From: the human T2T-CHM13v2.0 reference genome, Homo sapiens
Reading direction: 5' to 3' (one strand)
Length of the DNA stretch: 64,000 bases
NCBI RefSeq assembly: GCF_009914755.1
Contig: NC_060933.1
Below the pieces are notes generated by a model. It saw nothing but the letters and a program-made list of their open reading frames with translations. It was not told the DNA's origin and did no database searches. Below, piece after piece: positions 1 to 18,083 of the stretch (the stretch's first letter is position 1; every line of letters begins with the position of its first letter). The position numbers were made by a program, and so were the translations under genes.

Positions 1-185
1 TCACACACGGGCCTGTTGGGCAGTAGGGGGCCAGGGGAGGGATAGCATTAAAAGAAATACTTAATGTAGATGATGGGTTGATGGGTGCAGCAAACCACCA
101 TGGCACATGTATACCTATGTAACTAACCTGCACATTCTGCACATGTATCCCAGAACTTAAAATATAATAAAAACATTAAAAAGAA
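1..185 (+). mobile_element. LINE-1 3' end (L1PA7-like), cut by window start
   Basis: Contains GGGTGCAGCAAACCACCATGGCACATGTATACCTATGTAAC...CAGAACTTAAAATATAATAAAA, the L1PA 3'UTR terminus, followed by an A-rich tail. Confidence 0.93.
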
Positions 186-349
186 TAAAGGAAGTCAGAG
201 GGAAAGGCTTATTAAAACAAAACAGAACTCTTGAGAGGATGTCTTTCCTCTCAATGACAAATTCAGCATTGAATGTTTATGTATATTTATGCATATATAA
301 GGTACTATGAGCAAAAATGAATGGTTACTAGGAAGGCAAAAATGGTGGA

Positions 350-1070
350 ATATTATCCAATGAATACATTTAATTACTCAAAGTAATATATTAAAGAAGA
401 AAGGTCATATATTCTTGCCCACAGATTCAGAAAGCCCATTTGACAAAAGTCAATATCCATTTATGGAATGGATGTAGAAGTAAGTGAATTAGAAAAAAAG
501 TTATCCAGAATTGTAAATATAACTACCCAAAACCTATAGTAAATAACACACTTAATGCTGAAATTAAAAATTATCCTCTTTAAAGATAGGTATATAGTAA
601 GTATGTCTACTACTCATGCCTTTATTCAAATAGTATACTAGATTTCATAGCTGGCAAAAGAGGTATACCAATCCAAATGGAAGAAACAAAAGACAAACAT
701 TATGGTTGCCCATACAGAAAACAACTTCAGTTATGAAGTAGACCCAGACAACTTTCAGAATATTCAGCACTTTTTCATTCCTCTACACAAGCAACAAAAT
801 ACCAGAAAATATTTTAAAAGTCAGCATTTATAAAAGTGTCTAAACTATCAGGTGTATGGCAAAAAATTGAACAAAATAATTGAAAAACATTATAAAACAG
901 GACATAAGCGTGAAAGATGTGCAGAAGCAGAGAGAAATCCTTGCATTATTAGATGAAAAGATCATTAAAGATAGCAATGCACTAATTATACTAGATTCAG
1001 TGCAATTTCAGTCAAAATTCCAAAGGAAATTTTATGAAACGTGAAAAGCTCACACTAAAGTTCAGAGAAC
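350..1070 (+). mobile_element. Old, highly diverged L1M ORF2 fragment
   Basis: ACAGATTCAGAAAGCCCATTTGACAAAAGTCAATATCCATTTATG resembles the ORF2 DAEKAFDKIQHPFM-coding region; A-rich; interrupted by the L1MA insertion at 1073. Confidence 0.65.
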
Positions 1071-1072
1071 AC

Positions 1073-1808
1073 AGTCGGTGGCAATGTAAATTAGTATAGC
1101 CATTATGAAAAACAGTATGGCGCTTCCTCAAAGAACTAAAAATAGAGCTACTATATGACCAAGCCATTCTACTGCTGAGTATATATCCAAAAGAAAGAAA
1201 AACTGCATATAAAAGAGTTGTGTGCACTCCCACGTTTATCACAGCACTATTCACAGTAGCCAATATATAGAACCAACCCAAGTGTCCATGAATGAATGGA
1301 TAAAGAAAATGTCATATGTATACATAATGGAATATTATTCAGCCATAGAAACTAAAATCCTGACATTTGTAGCAACATGGATAAAACTGGAAGGCATTAT
1401 GTTAAGTGAAATAACCCAGGCATTGAAAGACAAATTTGCATGTACTCACTCATATGTGAGAGCTGAAAAAAAAAAAAAATCTCATGAAGGTAGTCAATAG
1501 ACTGGTGTTACCAGAGGCTGGGTAGGGTATTTGGGAGGGGGAATAAAGAGGCGTTGGTTAACAGGTAGTGTTTGGTACCAAAATAGGGGGCTTATATTTA
1601 ACAATGATTTATTGTATATTTCAGTAACTAGAAGATATGGAATAGTCCCAACACAAACAAATGACAAATGTTTGAGGTAATGGATGTGCTAAATACCCAC
1701 ATTTGATCATTAAACATTATATGTTTGTATCAAAATATAACACACACCACATAAATATGTACAACTATTAGGTATCCATAAAAAAATTAAAAACAAAAAT
1801 AAAAAATA
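1073..1808 (+). mobile_element. L1MA-type 3' end with degenerate TSD
   Basis: ORF2 C-terminal remnant (ORF 1222-1500), L1MA 3'UTR ending ATAAATATGTACAACTATTAGGTATCCATAAAAAA, A tail; flanks AAAGTTCAGAGAACA / AAAGCTCAGGGAACA. Confidence 0.88.
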
Positions 1809-2117
1809 AAGCTCAGGGAACAGTGAAGACTCAAAAATAGCAATATAAGATGTATCTTATGTGAAGTATCAAAATCCATTATATAGCTAAAGTAGATAAA
1901 ATTATCATAGTAAATGGATTTCAATGTCAAGTTTATAAAAACCTTCTAAGAAAAACAGTCTGATGCAATCTATATAAAATATAAATACATAAAATTATGT
2001 TTCAATGTATATTATGTAATGAAAGTATGAAGACTTCCAGGGAAATAATTCACCCTAACTTCCTGATAGCGGTGACTCCTCAGGAGAAAAAGAAGTGGTA
2101 ATAAATGGGATAGACTA

Positions 2118-2290
2118 GGGTTTTGTTGTGGATGCCCTCCTCTGCATTGTAGGTTATTTAACAACATTTTTGGCTTTACCCTTTGGTTAATAATAGCTCC
2201 CTTCTCCCCAGTTGTGACAAGCAAAACTGTTTTCAGAAATTTTCCCCTCTGAGGCAGGGGAGAAAAACTGCTTCTAGTAGAGAACCACTG
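2118..2290 (-). mobile_element. MER20 (hAT-Charlie DNA transposon fossil)
   Basis: Ends in AGAACCACTG (reverse of the CAGTGGTTCT terminus) and contains CCCCAGTTGTGACAAGCAAAA and TGCATTGTAGG, matching the MER20 reverse complement. Confidence 0.8.
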
Positions 2291-2378
2291 GAATAGACTA
2301 TCTTTAGTATCAGTTCTCAAAAGGAAACAGGAGTGGTGGAGGGTATCAGAAGAAAGATATGAAATAAAATTATAAAAT

Positions 2379-2826
2379 ATATTGCAGCACTATTCACAAT
2401 AGCAAAGACTGGAACCAACCAAATGCCCATCAATGAGAAACTGGATAAAGAAAATGTGGCACATATACAAGATGGAATATTATGCAGCCATAAAAACAAT
2501 GAGTTCACGTCCTTTGCAGGACATGGATGAAGCTGGAAACATCATTCTCAGCAAACTAACACAGGAAAGAAAACCAAACACCACACGTTCTCACTTATAA
2601 GCGGGAGTTGAACAATGAGAACACATGGACACAGGGAGGGGAACATCACACACCAGGGCCTGTTGTGGGTTGGGGGCTAGGGGAAGGACAGCATTAGGAG
2701 AAACACCTAATATAGACGATGGGTTGATGGGGGCAGCAAACCACCATGGCATGCGTATACCTATGTAATTAACCTGCACGTTATGCACATGTATCCCGGA
2801 ACTTAAACTATAATAAAAAATAAATA
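2379..2826 (+). mobile_element. 5'-truncated L1PA7-like 3' end with TSD
   Basis: L1PA ORF2 end and 3'UTR with A tail; AAATAAAATTATAAAAT is duplicated at 2362-2378 and 2827-2843. Confidence 0.93.
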
Positions 2827-2964
2827 AAATAAAATTATAAAATGTCAATCTCTACTGAATTGGGGGTTTGGGGGTCATGGGTGTCAGCTAAATTATTTCT
2901 TTGTACTTTTTAAATTGTTTGAAAGGTTTCATATTTTAAAAGTTTCATCAGGTAGTATGACTCT

Positions 2965-3180
2965 GTAGTTTAATTGTTTAGAGTACTAGTTGTAGTTTAA
3001 GACTGTCCTGGCTTGTCATCTGAGTTTTTAGTGTTTGTATGATTTTGTACCTGTTTCTTATTTTCTTCAAATCTCAGTTTCCAAATCTGGTATCTGTGAA
3101 AATTAAATGAAATAACCCACATGAACATCTTAGCACAGTGTCTCATACACAGTATGTGCTAAAACATAATTTTATTATCA
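2965..3180 (+). mobile_element. MIR SINE remnant
   Basis: CTCAGTTTCC core and GTGAAAATTAAATGAAATAAC...CTTAGCACAGTGTCT 3' motif. Confidence 0.6.
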
Positions 3181-5456
3181 ACTGAAATTAATATTTCTTT
3201 GCTCATAAAGACTTCATGGAAATATTTATGATATATAGATAAAGAAGTCATCGTTATAGTAATAAGTATAACCATAACATATTTTATATTTTAAGTTGAA
3301 GAGATGTCAGAAAATATTTATAAAATCAATTTTAGCTTTAAAATGAAAACACACAAGTAAATTATACCTAGACCATAATTATTTGAAAAGGAAATGAACA
3401 AAAATAGCAAACCAAAACATCATAAGATAATAAATATCAAAGAAGTCACAAGGCCGGACAATTCAAAAAACGATCTTTGTGATTATTTCAATTTATGCCT
3501 CATGTTTAAAATGACACATGTGAGTTTAAATTCAAAATTTTATTTAGCTTATGAGATATCACAAAATGATAAAATTTTTGCTACATGCTAATAAGGGCAA
3601 GTAAGAACAAGATATTCAACATAAATTTAAAATTATATGAAAATTTTAATTAGAATACAGTAAATGAACTATTTGTCCAAGTCCTTATTTAAAAGGTGTT
3701 AGAATAAGTCTAGAGCAAAAGAAGTATAAAAGCAATGTTTGACTTTAGAACTTTATGCATAATGAACCTCTTTTTCAAGACTTCCTAAGTATCTGACACT
3801 GCAAACTCATTTATTCTCTAAAATCCAGGACAATGACACCTTGAAATTAAATGTTTGTACTATTCAATATTTGTTAAGTTTCACATTACAGAGATGGGTA
3901 ACTTTGCATTCAAGAATTTATAATTTATCTTTTGCAAATGTGGTCCACAAACCTTGACTTTCTTTAACATAGGATGTCTGGTAAAGCCATTCTTGAGGCA
4001 GGTTGGAGTAGTTGGGGACTGGCGGAAACAAGTGGCAATATCAGTGAAGTATAGAATCACAGGCTACTTCGGTCATCTATTCACAAGGCTGAGCAGGAGC
4101 TCTTGAGCATCTTCACAATGTTTGGGATAACTCTGCTATGTGTAATAACAACCTTCTTTTGAATAGTATCCAATGCCTGGAAAAATCCTAGATGTTCAGA
4201 AACAGATTTTTTTTTCTATTTTCCTCTGTACCTAGGTAGCTAGAATTCTCTTATACATGGAGAATACTTATAACATCCTAGAAAACTCAAATTAAACATA
4301 TATCTGATATAGCAAACCTAAATCATTACTTACTGAGAAAACAATCATTATAATTATAACTCAAGTTATTTAAAAATATTTCAAAAAGGGACAAGGAGAA
4401 AAATTTTAAAAAAATTATAGTATTTAAAAACAATTAAAAGTGAGTTAAGCAAGAGATTATATTGCATATAAATTGTTTACTTAATACATTAAGTTTATTT
4501 AATACATAATTTCTTAATGTATTAAACATTAAGCTTATTTAATACATTAAGATTATTTTAATGTATATGACCAAATTAAATTTTAATTGTTATATCACGC
4601 TCCAGTACCCAAAATTATTTTAAGCACTTAAAATTGGCCGACATAGAAATTTGGTGTTCTTGTGATCCGACACATGTGGCCACATTAAATTCAAACAGCT
4701 GTGAGTAATTTTGTCTTTTAAAGAAATAAACATTAGAATCAATTAGAACACAGAATGGTTATCATGGAGAGGTAGATATGACTTAGAAAAAAATTCATGT
4801 TGAAAGTAGAGACATCTCTCACATTCACATACCAAAAAGCACATCTTCCCCTCAAAATCTGTGTAGTTGGAAAGCCACCATAGTTATGGTTGTGTCTGGA
4901 TACTAGCATGTCTCACTTTTATCTAGAGATATCTCAGTGCTATTAATTGACAATAGTGAACTTGGAAGAAGAGATAATCTATCAATCTCATATTCCAACT
5001 ATAAAAACTAATGAACAAGACTGAGCTTGCACATGCGTGAGTGTGAGTGTGTATGTGTACACATATGTGTTTGTATGGAATTGTAACATCAGAACTAAAT
5101 TTACTCATTTTGTAACTAAAATACCAAATGTTGATTTTTGAGTAGGTACATCATTTCTGATTGACATTTTTTATGAACTCAATATTTTGCAAATCCCACC
5201 ACTCCTTCCAAACAGAAATAAATAAATGAAAGTGTTCAGTGATCCTAACATTTGAAAAGCTTAAAGAGACATTTAGGGAGGATAAATATTCTTGGAAGTT
5301 GTGTTAAATATTCTTGAAACATTCTTGGATCATTATAAATTATTGCCCCATTGTTTTTATAAAGTAAGTGTCAAATTAAAAGCTCCTCTTAATGTTGATG
5401 ATTCAGTGCAAATTATTTCATTTTATATTAGATTCCCCTTGAAAGGAAAGTTTCAG

Positions 5457-9681
<4,225 letters not shown>

Positions 9682-11097
9682 GATTTCAATCAGAATACCA
9701 CCCGAATTCACAGTATGTTAAACTAGAAAAGTATAGTCATTATTTCCCATTGAAAACCTAATAAGCATTATTACACTTACAAGTAAGATGGCAAGAAGCC
9801 CATTTTTCACTTACATATTACCCACATGTTGTATAAAATATAAAGTATGAATTTTAAGCTTACCATTTGCTATGTGATTTTGGGCATATAATCTGAGTGT
9901 TTTCAGCCACAGCCTTGATACCTGTACAAAGGAGATAATACCCGTATCTGGAAACTACTTAGCATTTCCCAGTGGAAGCTATTCATATCACCCCTTTAAT
10001 TAGACTCCTGCCTAGAAGATGCATTTTTCTATAGCACTGTGCCCTTTATAAAGATGAGACAGTTAAGCAACATATAATTAAATTAAACATATCTTATTAC
10101 ATTAGTGAACTAGAGAAGTAGTTCAGTTTGTCTGATTTCTTTTCCAGCTGAGAAAAACACTAAACTTTCCATTTTACAATTTCTGCTGCTCATTTTTGAC
10201 TTAATAACATATCAAAATACAATTACAGAGTTACTATATTCTGTAATATATATGTATATGTATATAAATATATATATATTCACTCAAATAAGTTGAGGAA
10301 AATTTCAGAAACAAATTCTATTGCCTATGGATCTGAATGTTGCATTTCCCTTATGATAACTGAAACTGAACAAGAAAATTCAGAAAAATATTAGTATTTA
10401 CTATCCAGTGAGATCTTGAAATGAAATTTCAAACCTAAAATATAAATCTATTTATGTCTCTCCATACATAAATCTATTTTTAAGAGAAATATTAATAATT
10501 GAATAAAAAGTTTTTTAAAAGCCCTTCAAAAACGATGAAAACTTTTCAAACATTACACAATTTTCACAGAAGTTACAGTGTAATTAAGTCAGAAGCAAAG
10601 TTTCCTGGTAGTGTTTTCCATACAGAATGTTTGGCTAGGCTAAAATAAAATGAATAAATATAATACTAAATTCTATACTCGTATAATTCTCAGAATGCTA
10701 AGAAATAATGGCACAGAATTTCCAGGCACATTCTGTTACATGATATTCCAAACATGCCCTGGGCGTTTACACACATGGTACAACAAACTAACCTTAGAGG
10801 TACTTGTGTGTCATGTGCAGAGCATTAGCCAATCTTCATATTTCAGGCTTTTAAAGACCAACACATAGGAAAGGTGGAAAAAAACAAAGGGAGATGCTTA
10901 TAATACATCATTTCTTTGAAAGCCCCTAGTGGTGGGGATGGGGATAAAGGAAACCTAAAAGAAACTCAAACTTAACTTGTACTCTAACCGGGCACGACTT
11001 CAACTTTATACCACACATTTTGAAGAATAACATGCAGACAGAATATACTTCGAAAATGTTGAAAGGATTCCAGTAATCAAGTGACAACTCCTTAACC

Positions 11098-11153
11098 AAG
11101 ACCAAGCTAGCCTGGGTAACACGGTGAAACCCCATCTCTAAAAAAAGAAAACA

Positions 11154-11188
<35 letters not shown>

Positions 11189-11370
11189 ACAAACAAACAA
11201 AAATACAAAAATTTGCCAAGCATAGTGGTGTGCACTGGTAGTCCCAGCTACTTGGGAGGCTGAGGTAAGGTCGCTTGAGCCCAGGGTTCCAGGCTGCAGT
11301 GGGCCTTGATTACACGACTGTACTTCAGCCTGGGCAACAGGGTGAGATCCCATCTTAGAAAAAGAACAAA
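11098..11370 (+). mobile_element. 5'-truncated old Alu (AluJ-like) with (TAAA)n/(CAAA)n expansion in the middle linker
   Basis: End of left arm GCCTGGGTAACACGGTGAAACCCCATCTCTA, expanded linker 11140-11210, right arm with J-type CGCTTGAGCCCAGG...GAGGCTGCAGTG-like motif. Confidence 0.88.
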
Positions 11371-12639
11371 CCGCGGAGCTGTGGTGCTGAAAAGTACATT
11401 CCTAAAGACTGTTTCAAGAGTCTTCAATCTGAAGGGGTTTGTTATTGCAGGGATGTTAAAGAAAATCCGGGGTCTTAAAATTTTTCGTTTTTAAGAATCA
11501 AATTTTCTACCCCTAATAAAAAGGGAGAAGTCTGGAGGCAAGCTTTATCAGGAAGATATGAATGACTGTTCTCATCCTGGTGAAAGTATACTCCAATAAA
11601 TAGGTCTCATAAGCTAATGGTTTTATGACCTATTTTGCTGGGCAGGGAGAAAACAAAAAACAAACAAACAAAAAATTAAACAGAAGATAAATTCAACCCC
11701 ATGGCAAATGTGCCACACTCAGATGATGACCTATTCTCGGCCCAACTTGGTTTGTCCCCAATACAGAATTTTCAACAGAGAAGCACATATCTAATTTTCT
11801 CAAACATGACTTTGAGGGTCACAAGTTCTATCCATTCTCTACCAGGCAGCTGAGAAAATGAGCAGAGAATAAAGACCATCATATTCCCACCCTCCAGCTA
11901 GGATTATAAGGGGAATGAAGCAAGCTAGTATTACAAGGGGAAGAAAGTAAGTATTATAAGGTAGTATTACCTGAGAAGGTGAGTCAATGCAATGTTACAA
12001 ACGCTATTTTGGTGGCAATTCATATGCCATACTCAAAGATTAATAAATAGAAAAAAAGCAAGACATTTTTTATAAACTTCCAAAGAAATAAGGAAGAAAG
12101 AAAGCATGCAAAAGACAATGAAAACAGATAATTTGAAAAATATTATCTCAAAGAAGAGAATAAAATATTAACATATTTATAAAATATTAAATAAAAACAA
12201 TTTTACAGATTACAGGAATATTTTTCAATGTGAACTCTCAGGAAACAAAAGTAAAAATGAGTAAACAGAATGGCATTTGTATCATTGAATCAAACTATAA
12301 AAGAAAGAGTTCCACAAGCCTACAAGGAGAGTTAACTGTGTTAATTACAAAATTGAGAAAAAAAAACTTATTCAATATTTCCACAACTTATTTAAATGCT
12401 AGGGAAATTATCCTACTGTAAGACACTAGTATTCCTGATAAAAATGCTTAAACTCTTCTTTGATACCCTGTAATAAGATTGGAACTTGTTCTGGGAAGCC
12501 ATTCATTTACTCCAGTGACTCAAGTCGAGTCAATAATAACATGCAAGCAGGTTCTTCCCTGCATCTCATTTGGTACTTTTTTTTTTTAAACAGTTCTGTT
12601 TGTTATAGATGATCATTAAAAATCTATCCTGCTCAAGAA

Positions 12640-12870
12640 AAAAAAGGAGAGGTGTTCTGAAATATTTATGGATGAAATAATGTGGTGCCTGTAATTTGCT
12701 CCACTTAAAAAAATCCAGTGGCAGGGGTAGTTAAGGGCATAGACGGTATATGGATATTATCAAGCCAATGAATGTCATTTGGGTGAGGGGCATTTTAGGT
12801 TCATTCTAGTATACACTTGTGCATGTTTGAAATTTTTATAATAAAAAGTAAAACAAAACAAAACAAAAAA
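12640..12870 (+). mobile_element. Old L1 (L1ME/MC-type) 3' end
   Basis: GAAATATTTATGGATGAAATAATGTGGTG...TGTTTGAAATTTTTATAATAAAAAG followed by an (AAAAC)n tail. Confidence 0.65.
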
Positions 12871-13609
12871 TATCCTATTGGATTTTTTATGGAGAAATTA
12901 TATGATTCAAATTACAGCTAATCTGATATTCATATTGAATATAAAAACATATTCATAGATATCACCGACTCAGAAATAATATTATCCATTTATCCTTCCC
13001 AAAAGACATAACTGAGTAATGTAACATGAATCCTGAAGGAAGACTCACAGATGTATTTAAGAAGACAAGGATTTGCCTGATTTGAGTGTTATCAATGTCT
13101 CTTAGCCTCATGAGAAAGAAGTTAAAATATAGTTTTTGAATGCATAAGTGAATGAATGATTGAATGATTAAAGAAGTAATGACAGCCATGAACTTATTGT
13201 AAATACTCAGCCCATAATCATTAAATGTTAAAAATCCTCATAGGTATGCTATAGAGTGAAAACATTTTTTAATTATATTAAAATTGGCTAAAAATCTCAG
13301 AATATAGAGACAAAACCGAAGAGCAGTAGCAGTCGAAGTAAGGCAATGGGAAAGTGTAACTACATATATTTTCTCATCTTTTAAGAGAGGTAGAGGACAA
13401 CCAGCAGATTCATTTGCTTCTGAAATACAGCAATTGAAAATTAAGTGTAAAATATAAGCTTAATTTTTAAAAGGAGACAAAATTATATTTAAGACTTAGA
13501 CTTTATCCTCTCCAGACTTTCAGAGGGGTACAAAATGAAAGAAGGCATGGAGTGAAAAAAAGAGGAAAGAAGTATAAAAAAGTGAATAAAAATAAAATGA
13601 AGAAAATAA

Positions 13610-13950
<341 letters not shown>

Positions 13951-13964
13951 ATAATATTATAACA

Positions 13965-15985
13965 ATAATTAGGCAAGATAAAGAAATAAAGGGCATTCAA
14001 ATTGGAAAAGTGGAAATCAAATTATCTATTTGCCAATGATATGATCTTATACCTAGAAAACCCTAAAAGACCCCTCCAAAAGATTATGATTTAATAAATC
14101 TCTTTGGAGAAGACCCCTCAAAAAGATTATGATTTAATAAATGAATTCAGAAAAGTTTCAGGTTGCAAAATCAATGTACATAAACCAGTAGCACTGTTAT
14201 ACACCAACAATGACCAAGATGAGAATCAAACCAAGAACCCAATCCCTTTTACAACAGGTACAAAAAAATAAAATACCTATGAATATACTTAACCAACTAG
14301 GTGAAAAATCTCCAAGGAGAACTACAAAACTCTGCTGAAAGAAATCACAGATGACACGAACAAATGGAAAGAATCAATATTGTGGAAATGACCACACTTC
14401 CAAAAGCAATTGACAGATTGAATGCAATCCCTATTACAATAACAACATGATTCTTTACAGAATTAGAAAAGATAATCTTGAAATTCATATGGAACCAAAA
14501 AAGAGCAGAAATAGCCAAGGCAATCCTAAGCAAAAAGAACAAATCTGGAGGCATCGTATGACTCAACTTCAAATTATATTGTAAGGCTATAGTAACCAAA
14601 CAGCATGGCACTAGTGAAAGCAGATACACAGATCAATGGAACACAATAGAGAATCCAGAAATAAACTCAAATACTTACAACCAACTGATCATCAACAAAT
14701 CATATAAAAACACAAATTGGGGAAAGGACATTCTATTCCATATATTTTGCTGAGAAAATTGGATAGCCACGTGTAGAAAAATGAAACTGGATCCTTATTT
14801 CTCACCATGTACAAAAATGAACTCAAGATGGATTAAAGACTTAAATCTAACCCCTAACACCATAAATTCTAAATAAAAACCTAGGAAACACTATTCTGGA
14901 TACTGGCCTAGGCAAATAATTTATGATGAAGACCCCAAAAGCAAATGCAAGAAAAATAAATAAATGAGACCTACTTAAACTAAAAAAGTTTCTGTACAGC
15001 AAAAGAAATAATCGTCAGGGTAAAGAGAGAATCTACAGAATGAAAAAAAAAATTGTCAACTCTGCACCTGACAAAAGACTAATAACCAGCATCCACAAGG
15101 AAACAAATTAGCAAGCAAAAATCAAATAACCCCATGAAAAAGTGGGCAAAGAACATGAATAGACATTTCTTAATAGAAGATATATAAATGGCCAACAAAC
15201 TTATGAAAAAAAAGCACTCAATGTCACTAATCATCAGGGAATTACAAATTAAAACTGCAATGAGATATCACCTTACTGTAGCCAGCATGGCCATTATTAA
15301 AAAGTCAAAAAACAATAGATGTTGGCACGGATGTGGTGCAAAGGGAACACAAACACACTGCCGGTGAGAATGTAAATTAATACAACCTCTCTGGAAAACA
15401 ATATGGAGATTTCTCAAGGAACTAAAAGTAGATCCACCATTCAACTGAGCAAACCCACTACTGCTCATCTATCCAAAGGGAATTAAATCATCATATCAAA
15501 AAACATTCAAACATGTATATCGCAGTAAAATTCACAATTGCAAAGATATGAAATCAAAATAAGTGTCCAACAACCAGTGAATGAATATAGAAAATGCGGT
15601 ATGTGTGTAAACATACACACACACAGACACACACACCATGGAATACTGCTTGGTCATAAAAAATGATAAAATAATGTATTTGCAGCAACTTGGATGGAAC
15701 TGGATTCTTTAATCTAAGAGAAGTAACTCAGAAATGAGAAAGCAAATACTACACGTTCTCACTTATACGTGAGAGTTAAGCTATGGGTACACGAGGTCAC
15801 ACAGAGTAGTACAATGGACACTGGAGACTCAGAAAAGGGGAGTGTGGAAAGACAGTTGTACCCCTACCTATTGTGTTACAACATATACTATGTGGGTTAT
15901 GAATACATTGAAATTCCAGACTTTACCGCTATACAATTCATCTATGTAACCAAAAACCACTTGTAATCCTAAAGCTCTTAAAGAT
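13965..15985 (+). mobile_element. L1PB-type element, RT region to 3' end
   Basis: Degenerate ORF2 (ANDMILYLENP-like at about 14030) through the 3'UTR ending GTAACCAAAAACCACTTGTAATCCTAAAGCT; (CA)n at about 15612-15636. Confidence 0.9.
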
Positions 15986-17473
15986 TTTTAAGGACCCTCC
16001 AAGCTGTTTTCCATAGTAGTTGTATTATTTACATTCTCACGACAAGTGTACGAGGGTTCTCTTTTCTCCATATCCTTGTTGAGTATTTGTTATTGCCTGT
16101 CTTTTGGATAAAAGCCATTTTAACTGGGATAAGATGATATTTCATAATAGTTTTGATTTGCATTTCTCTGATGATCAATGATTTGGAGCACCTTTTCATA
16201 TGTCTGCCATTGAGAAATATCTATTTAGATTTTTTGCTCATTTTTAGTCAGATTATTATATTTTTTCCTATATAGTTGTTTGAGCTCCTTATGTATTCTG
16301 GTCATTACTCCCTTGTAAGATGTGTAGTTTGCAAATATTTTCTCTTATTCTGTGCGTTGTCTCTTCACTTTTTTTTCCTTTGCTGTGCGGAAGCTCTACC
16401 TTGATGTGATTCAATGTGTCCACTTTTCCTTTAGATACCCATGCTTATGGGATATTTCTCAAGAAATACTACCCAGATCAATGTCCCAGAGAGTTTCTCT
16501 AATGTTTTCTTGTAGTAGTTTCATAGTTTACGGTCTTAGATTTAAGTGTTTAATCAATTTTTACTTGATTTTTTTTTTGCATATGAAAGGAGATAGAGGT
16601 CTAGTTTCATTCTTCTGCATATAGATATCCAGTTTTTCCAGCACTATTTATTCACCAGATTGTCTTTTCTCCAGTGTATTTTTGGCATATTTCTTGAAAA
16701 TGAGTTCACTGCAGGTATGTAAACTTCTTTCTGCATTCTCTTCTCTGTTCCATTGGTCTACGTGTCTGTTATTATGCCAGTGCCATGATGTTTAGGTTAC
16801 TATAGCCCTGTGGTATGATTTAAAGTCAGGTATGTGATACTTCCAATTTTATTAACTTTGCCCATCACAGTTTAGACTATTCTGAGTCTTTTGTGGATCC
16901 ATATAACTTTGAGAATTTTTTTCTATTTCTATGAGAAATGTCATTGGCATTTTGACAGGAATTGCATTGAATCTGCAGATTACTATGGGTTGTATGGACA
17001 TTTTAACAATATTGATTCTTTCAATCCATGAACATGGAGTATCTTTCCATGTTTTGGTGTCCCCTTTAATTTCTTTCATCAATATTGTACAGTTTTCATT
17101 ATAGGCATCTTTCACTTCTTTGGTTAAGTTAATTCCTAGGTATTTAATTTTATTTGTGGTTATTGTCAATGAAATTTTTAACATTTCTTTTTCAGATTGT
17201 TCCCTTTTGGCATATAGAAATACTGCTGATTTTTGTGTGTTGATATTATATCCTGAAAATTTAATGAATTTGTTTATCAGTTCTAGTATTTTTTTTGGTG
17301 GAATCTTTAGGTTTTTCCAAATACATGATCATATCGTTTGCAGACAAGAATAATTTCACTTCTTGTTCCTGCATACAATTGAAATAGATTGTTCAGTTTA
17401 TTGGCAGGCAGTTTCTCATAGTAGATACTAATAATCCTTTGAATTTCTGTGGTATCAGTTGCAGTATCTCCTT
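15986..17473 (-). mobile_element. L1MA-type element, ORF2 3' half (3'UTR missing)
   Basis: Minus ORF 16852-17184 IKYLGINLTKEVKD...RFNAIPVK is L1 ORF2; internal deletion near 17370. Confidence 0.9.
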
Positions 17474-18083
17474 AATCAGTAATGTTGAGCTTCTTTCATA
17501 TGCTCATTGGCTGCATAAATGTCTTCTTTCGAGGAGTGTCTGTTCACGTCATTTGCCCACTTTTTGATGTTTTTTTTTTCTTGTAAATTTGTTTCAGTTC
17601 CTTGTAAATTCTGGATATTGGACCTTTATCAGGTGGGTGGATTGCAAAAATTTTCTCCCATTCTGTAGGTTGCCTGTTCACTCTGATGGTAGTTTCTTTT
17701 GCTGTGCAGAAGCTCTATAGTTTAATTAGATCCCATTTGTCAATGTTGGCTTTTGTTCCAATTGTTTCTGGGATTTTGTCATGAAGTCTTTGCCCACGCC
17801 TATGTCCTGAATTGTATTTCCTAGGTTTATTCTAGGGTTTTTATGGTTTTGGGTTTTACCTTTAAGTCTTTAATCCACCTTGAGTTAATTTTTGTATAAG
17901 GTATAAGGAAGGGGTCCAATTTCAGTTTTCTGCATATGGCTGGACAGTTTTCCCAGCACCGTTTACTGAATAGGAGATTCTCTCCCCATTGCTTGTTTTG
18001 GGCAGGTTTGTCAAAGATCAGATAGTTGTAGATGTGTGGTGTTATTTCTGAGGTCTCTGTTCTGCTCCATTGGTCTATATGTC
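17474..18083 (-). mobile_element. Internal L1PA ORF2 fragment embedded in the older L1MA
   Basis: Closely matches the reverse of the L1PA ORF2 3' region (e.g. GCTGTGCAGAAGCTCTATAGTTTAATTAGATCCCATTTGTC); repeats L1 coordinates already covered at about 16170-16770; no 3'UTR or poly(A). Confidence 0.85.

Noticed and set aside
3953-4176. Exon-like GC-richer segment on minus (TTTTTCCAG acceptor)
   Set aside because: All three frames contain stops and the donor (GTTTGT) is weak, so it is not supportable without transcript data.
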